In this document: positions 63,364 through 64,000 of the stretch, piece by piece
How positions within the stretch are numbered: position 1 is the first letter of the stretch
Layout of the letters: each line of letters opens with the position of its first letter
NCBI GenBank assembly: GCA_963668675.2
Contig: CAXXMB010000002.1
Coordinates: forward strand, 320,001 to 384,000
Length of the DNA: 64,000 bases
Source: an uncultured Desulfatitalea sp.
GTDB taxonomy: Bacteria > Desulfobacterota > Desulfobacteria > Desulfobacterales > Desulfosarcinaceae
Direction of reading: 5' to 3'
Notes under the pieces: model-generated
Databases searched by the model: none
The model's input: only the letters and a program-made list of their open reading frames with translations
Told to the model about the DNA's origin: nothing
Position numbers and translations under genes: made by a program

Positions 63364-63531
63364 GCTCAACACCTGTCCTTTCTATCTGATATAGGACGCA
63401 ATCGACACTCTATTACCCAGGTTGGCGCTAAAATGCAATTTGGATCATATCTGAGTTGCGTTTCCAAATCGTACACGAACATGATAATGACAATGGGATT
63501 ATATGACCAACATGCCTGGGAGGAGAACACC

Positions 63532-63978
63532 ATGAAAAAAATTGCTGCAACCGTGCTCGTGCTGTGCATGCTCACAACTCCCGTCATTGCCGATACCATC
63601 TACATATGGACGGATGAAAAGGGCGTAAAACGCTTCAGCGACCAGCCCCCCGAAGGCGTCGAGAATTTCGAATCCGTAGATGGTACCGCCTCCAAGCCCG
63701 GAGAACAGACTCGGCCGGGCCTTGAACGGCTGGTCGAAGAGGTGAGACGGGAAAACGAGGAGGCCGACAGGCGAAGGCAGAAGCAGGAGATCCTGAGAAA
63801 AGCCGACGAGAAGCGCAAGGCCGAGGAGCAGAAAAATGCCCGAATTGAGGCGGAACGCGCCCGGCTGCAAAAGCAGATCGATGAGCTCAATAACCGTGCA
63901 CTGAGCCCAACCTACACCCAGGGTATGCGGGACAACCAGATCAGAATGATCCAGGAAAAAATCAACGCGCTGCAATAG
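63532..63978 (+). CDS. Secreted DUF4124 protein with coiled-coil tail
   Basis: GGAGGAG RBS, signal peptide, IYIWTDEKGVKRFSDQPP. Confidence 0.85.
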   Translation: MKKIAATVLVLCMLTTPVIADTIYIWTDEKGVKRFSDQPPEGVENFESVDGTASKPGEQTRPGLERLVEEVRRENEEADRRRQKQEILRKADEKRKAEEQKNARIEAERARLQKQIDELNNRALSPTYTQGMRDNQIRMIQEKINALQ

Positions 63979-64000
63979 CAACAGGTGATGCACCCGTTGA

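Noticed and set aside
63040..63531. N-terminal extension of the DUF4124 ORF (similarly 50198-50383 for iorA and 32673-32720 for carB)
   Set aside because: Extensions overlap other genes or promoter regions; RBS and family N-termini support the later starts

Overview
A GC-rich bacterial chromosome segment, most likely from a sulfate-reducing Desulfobacterota (Desulfobacterales-like; inferred from hdrA, iorAB, dapL and sigma54 regulators, not from a database search). Most of the window is housekeeping or metabolic: glycerate kinase, M42 peptidase, hpt, DnaJ-class chaperone, fetAB-like ABC pair, mnmG, uraA-upp, glgP, slyD, carB with a purF-like gene, dapL-lysA, iorAB, nadE and a cold-shock gene. 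There is one tRNA-Met(CAT). No rRNA, CRISPR array or intact transposase/integrase is visible. Points of interest: (1) a sigma54-driven unit of a Cys-less TusA-like protein, a MetF-like flavoprotein with altered catalytic motifs and an HdrA-like protein, divergent from an activator with a Cys-rich PAS domain; (2) a decayed ~2.5 kb island at the tRNA-Met 3' end with att repeats, arm-type repeats and an integrase N-terminal remnant; (3) a secreted Cys-rich ORF with an RPP motif near its C-terminus, behind a 10-4-10 operator and ahead of a DUF2318/MacB-type ABC operon, a candidate metal-sensing leader; (4) carB without an adjacent carA, followed by a PurF lacking glutaminase motifs; (5) a ZitP/AgmX-like protein with a very long acidic linker; (6) a sigma54-driven surface protein with a structured, RBS-sequestering leader and a GGGGCFI tail; (7) tandem NrdR-like boxes at upp-uraA; (8) REP- and MITE-like palindromes. 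All family calls are by motif recognition only.
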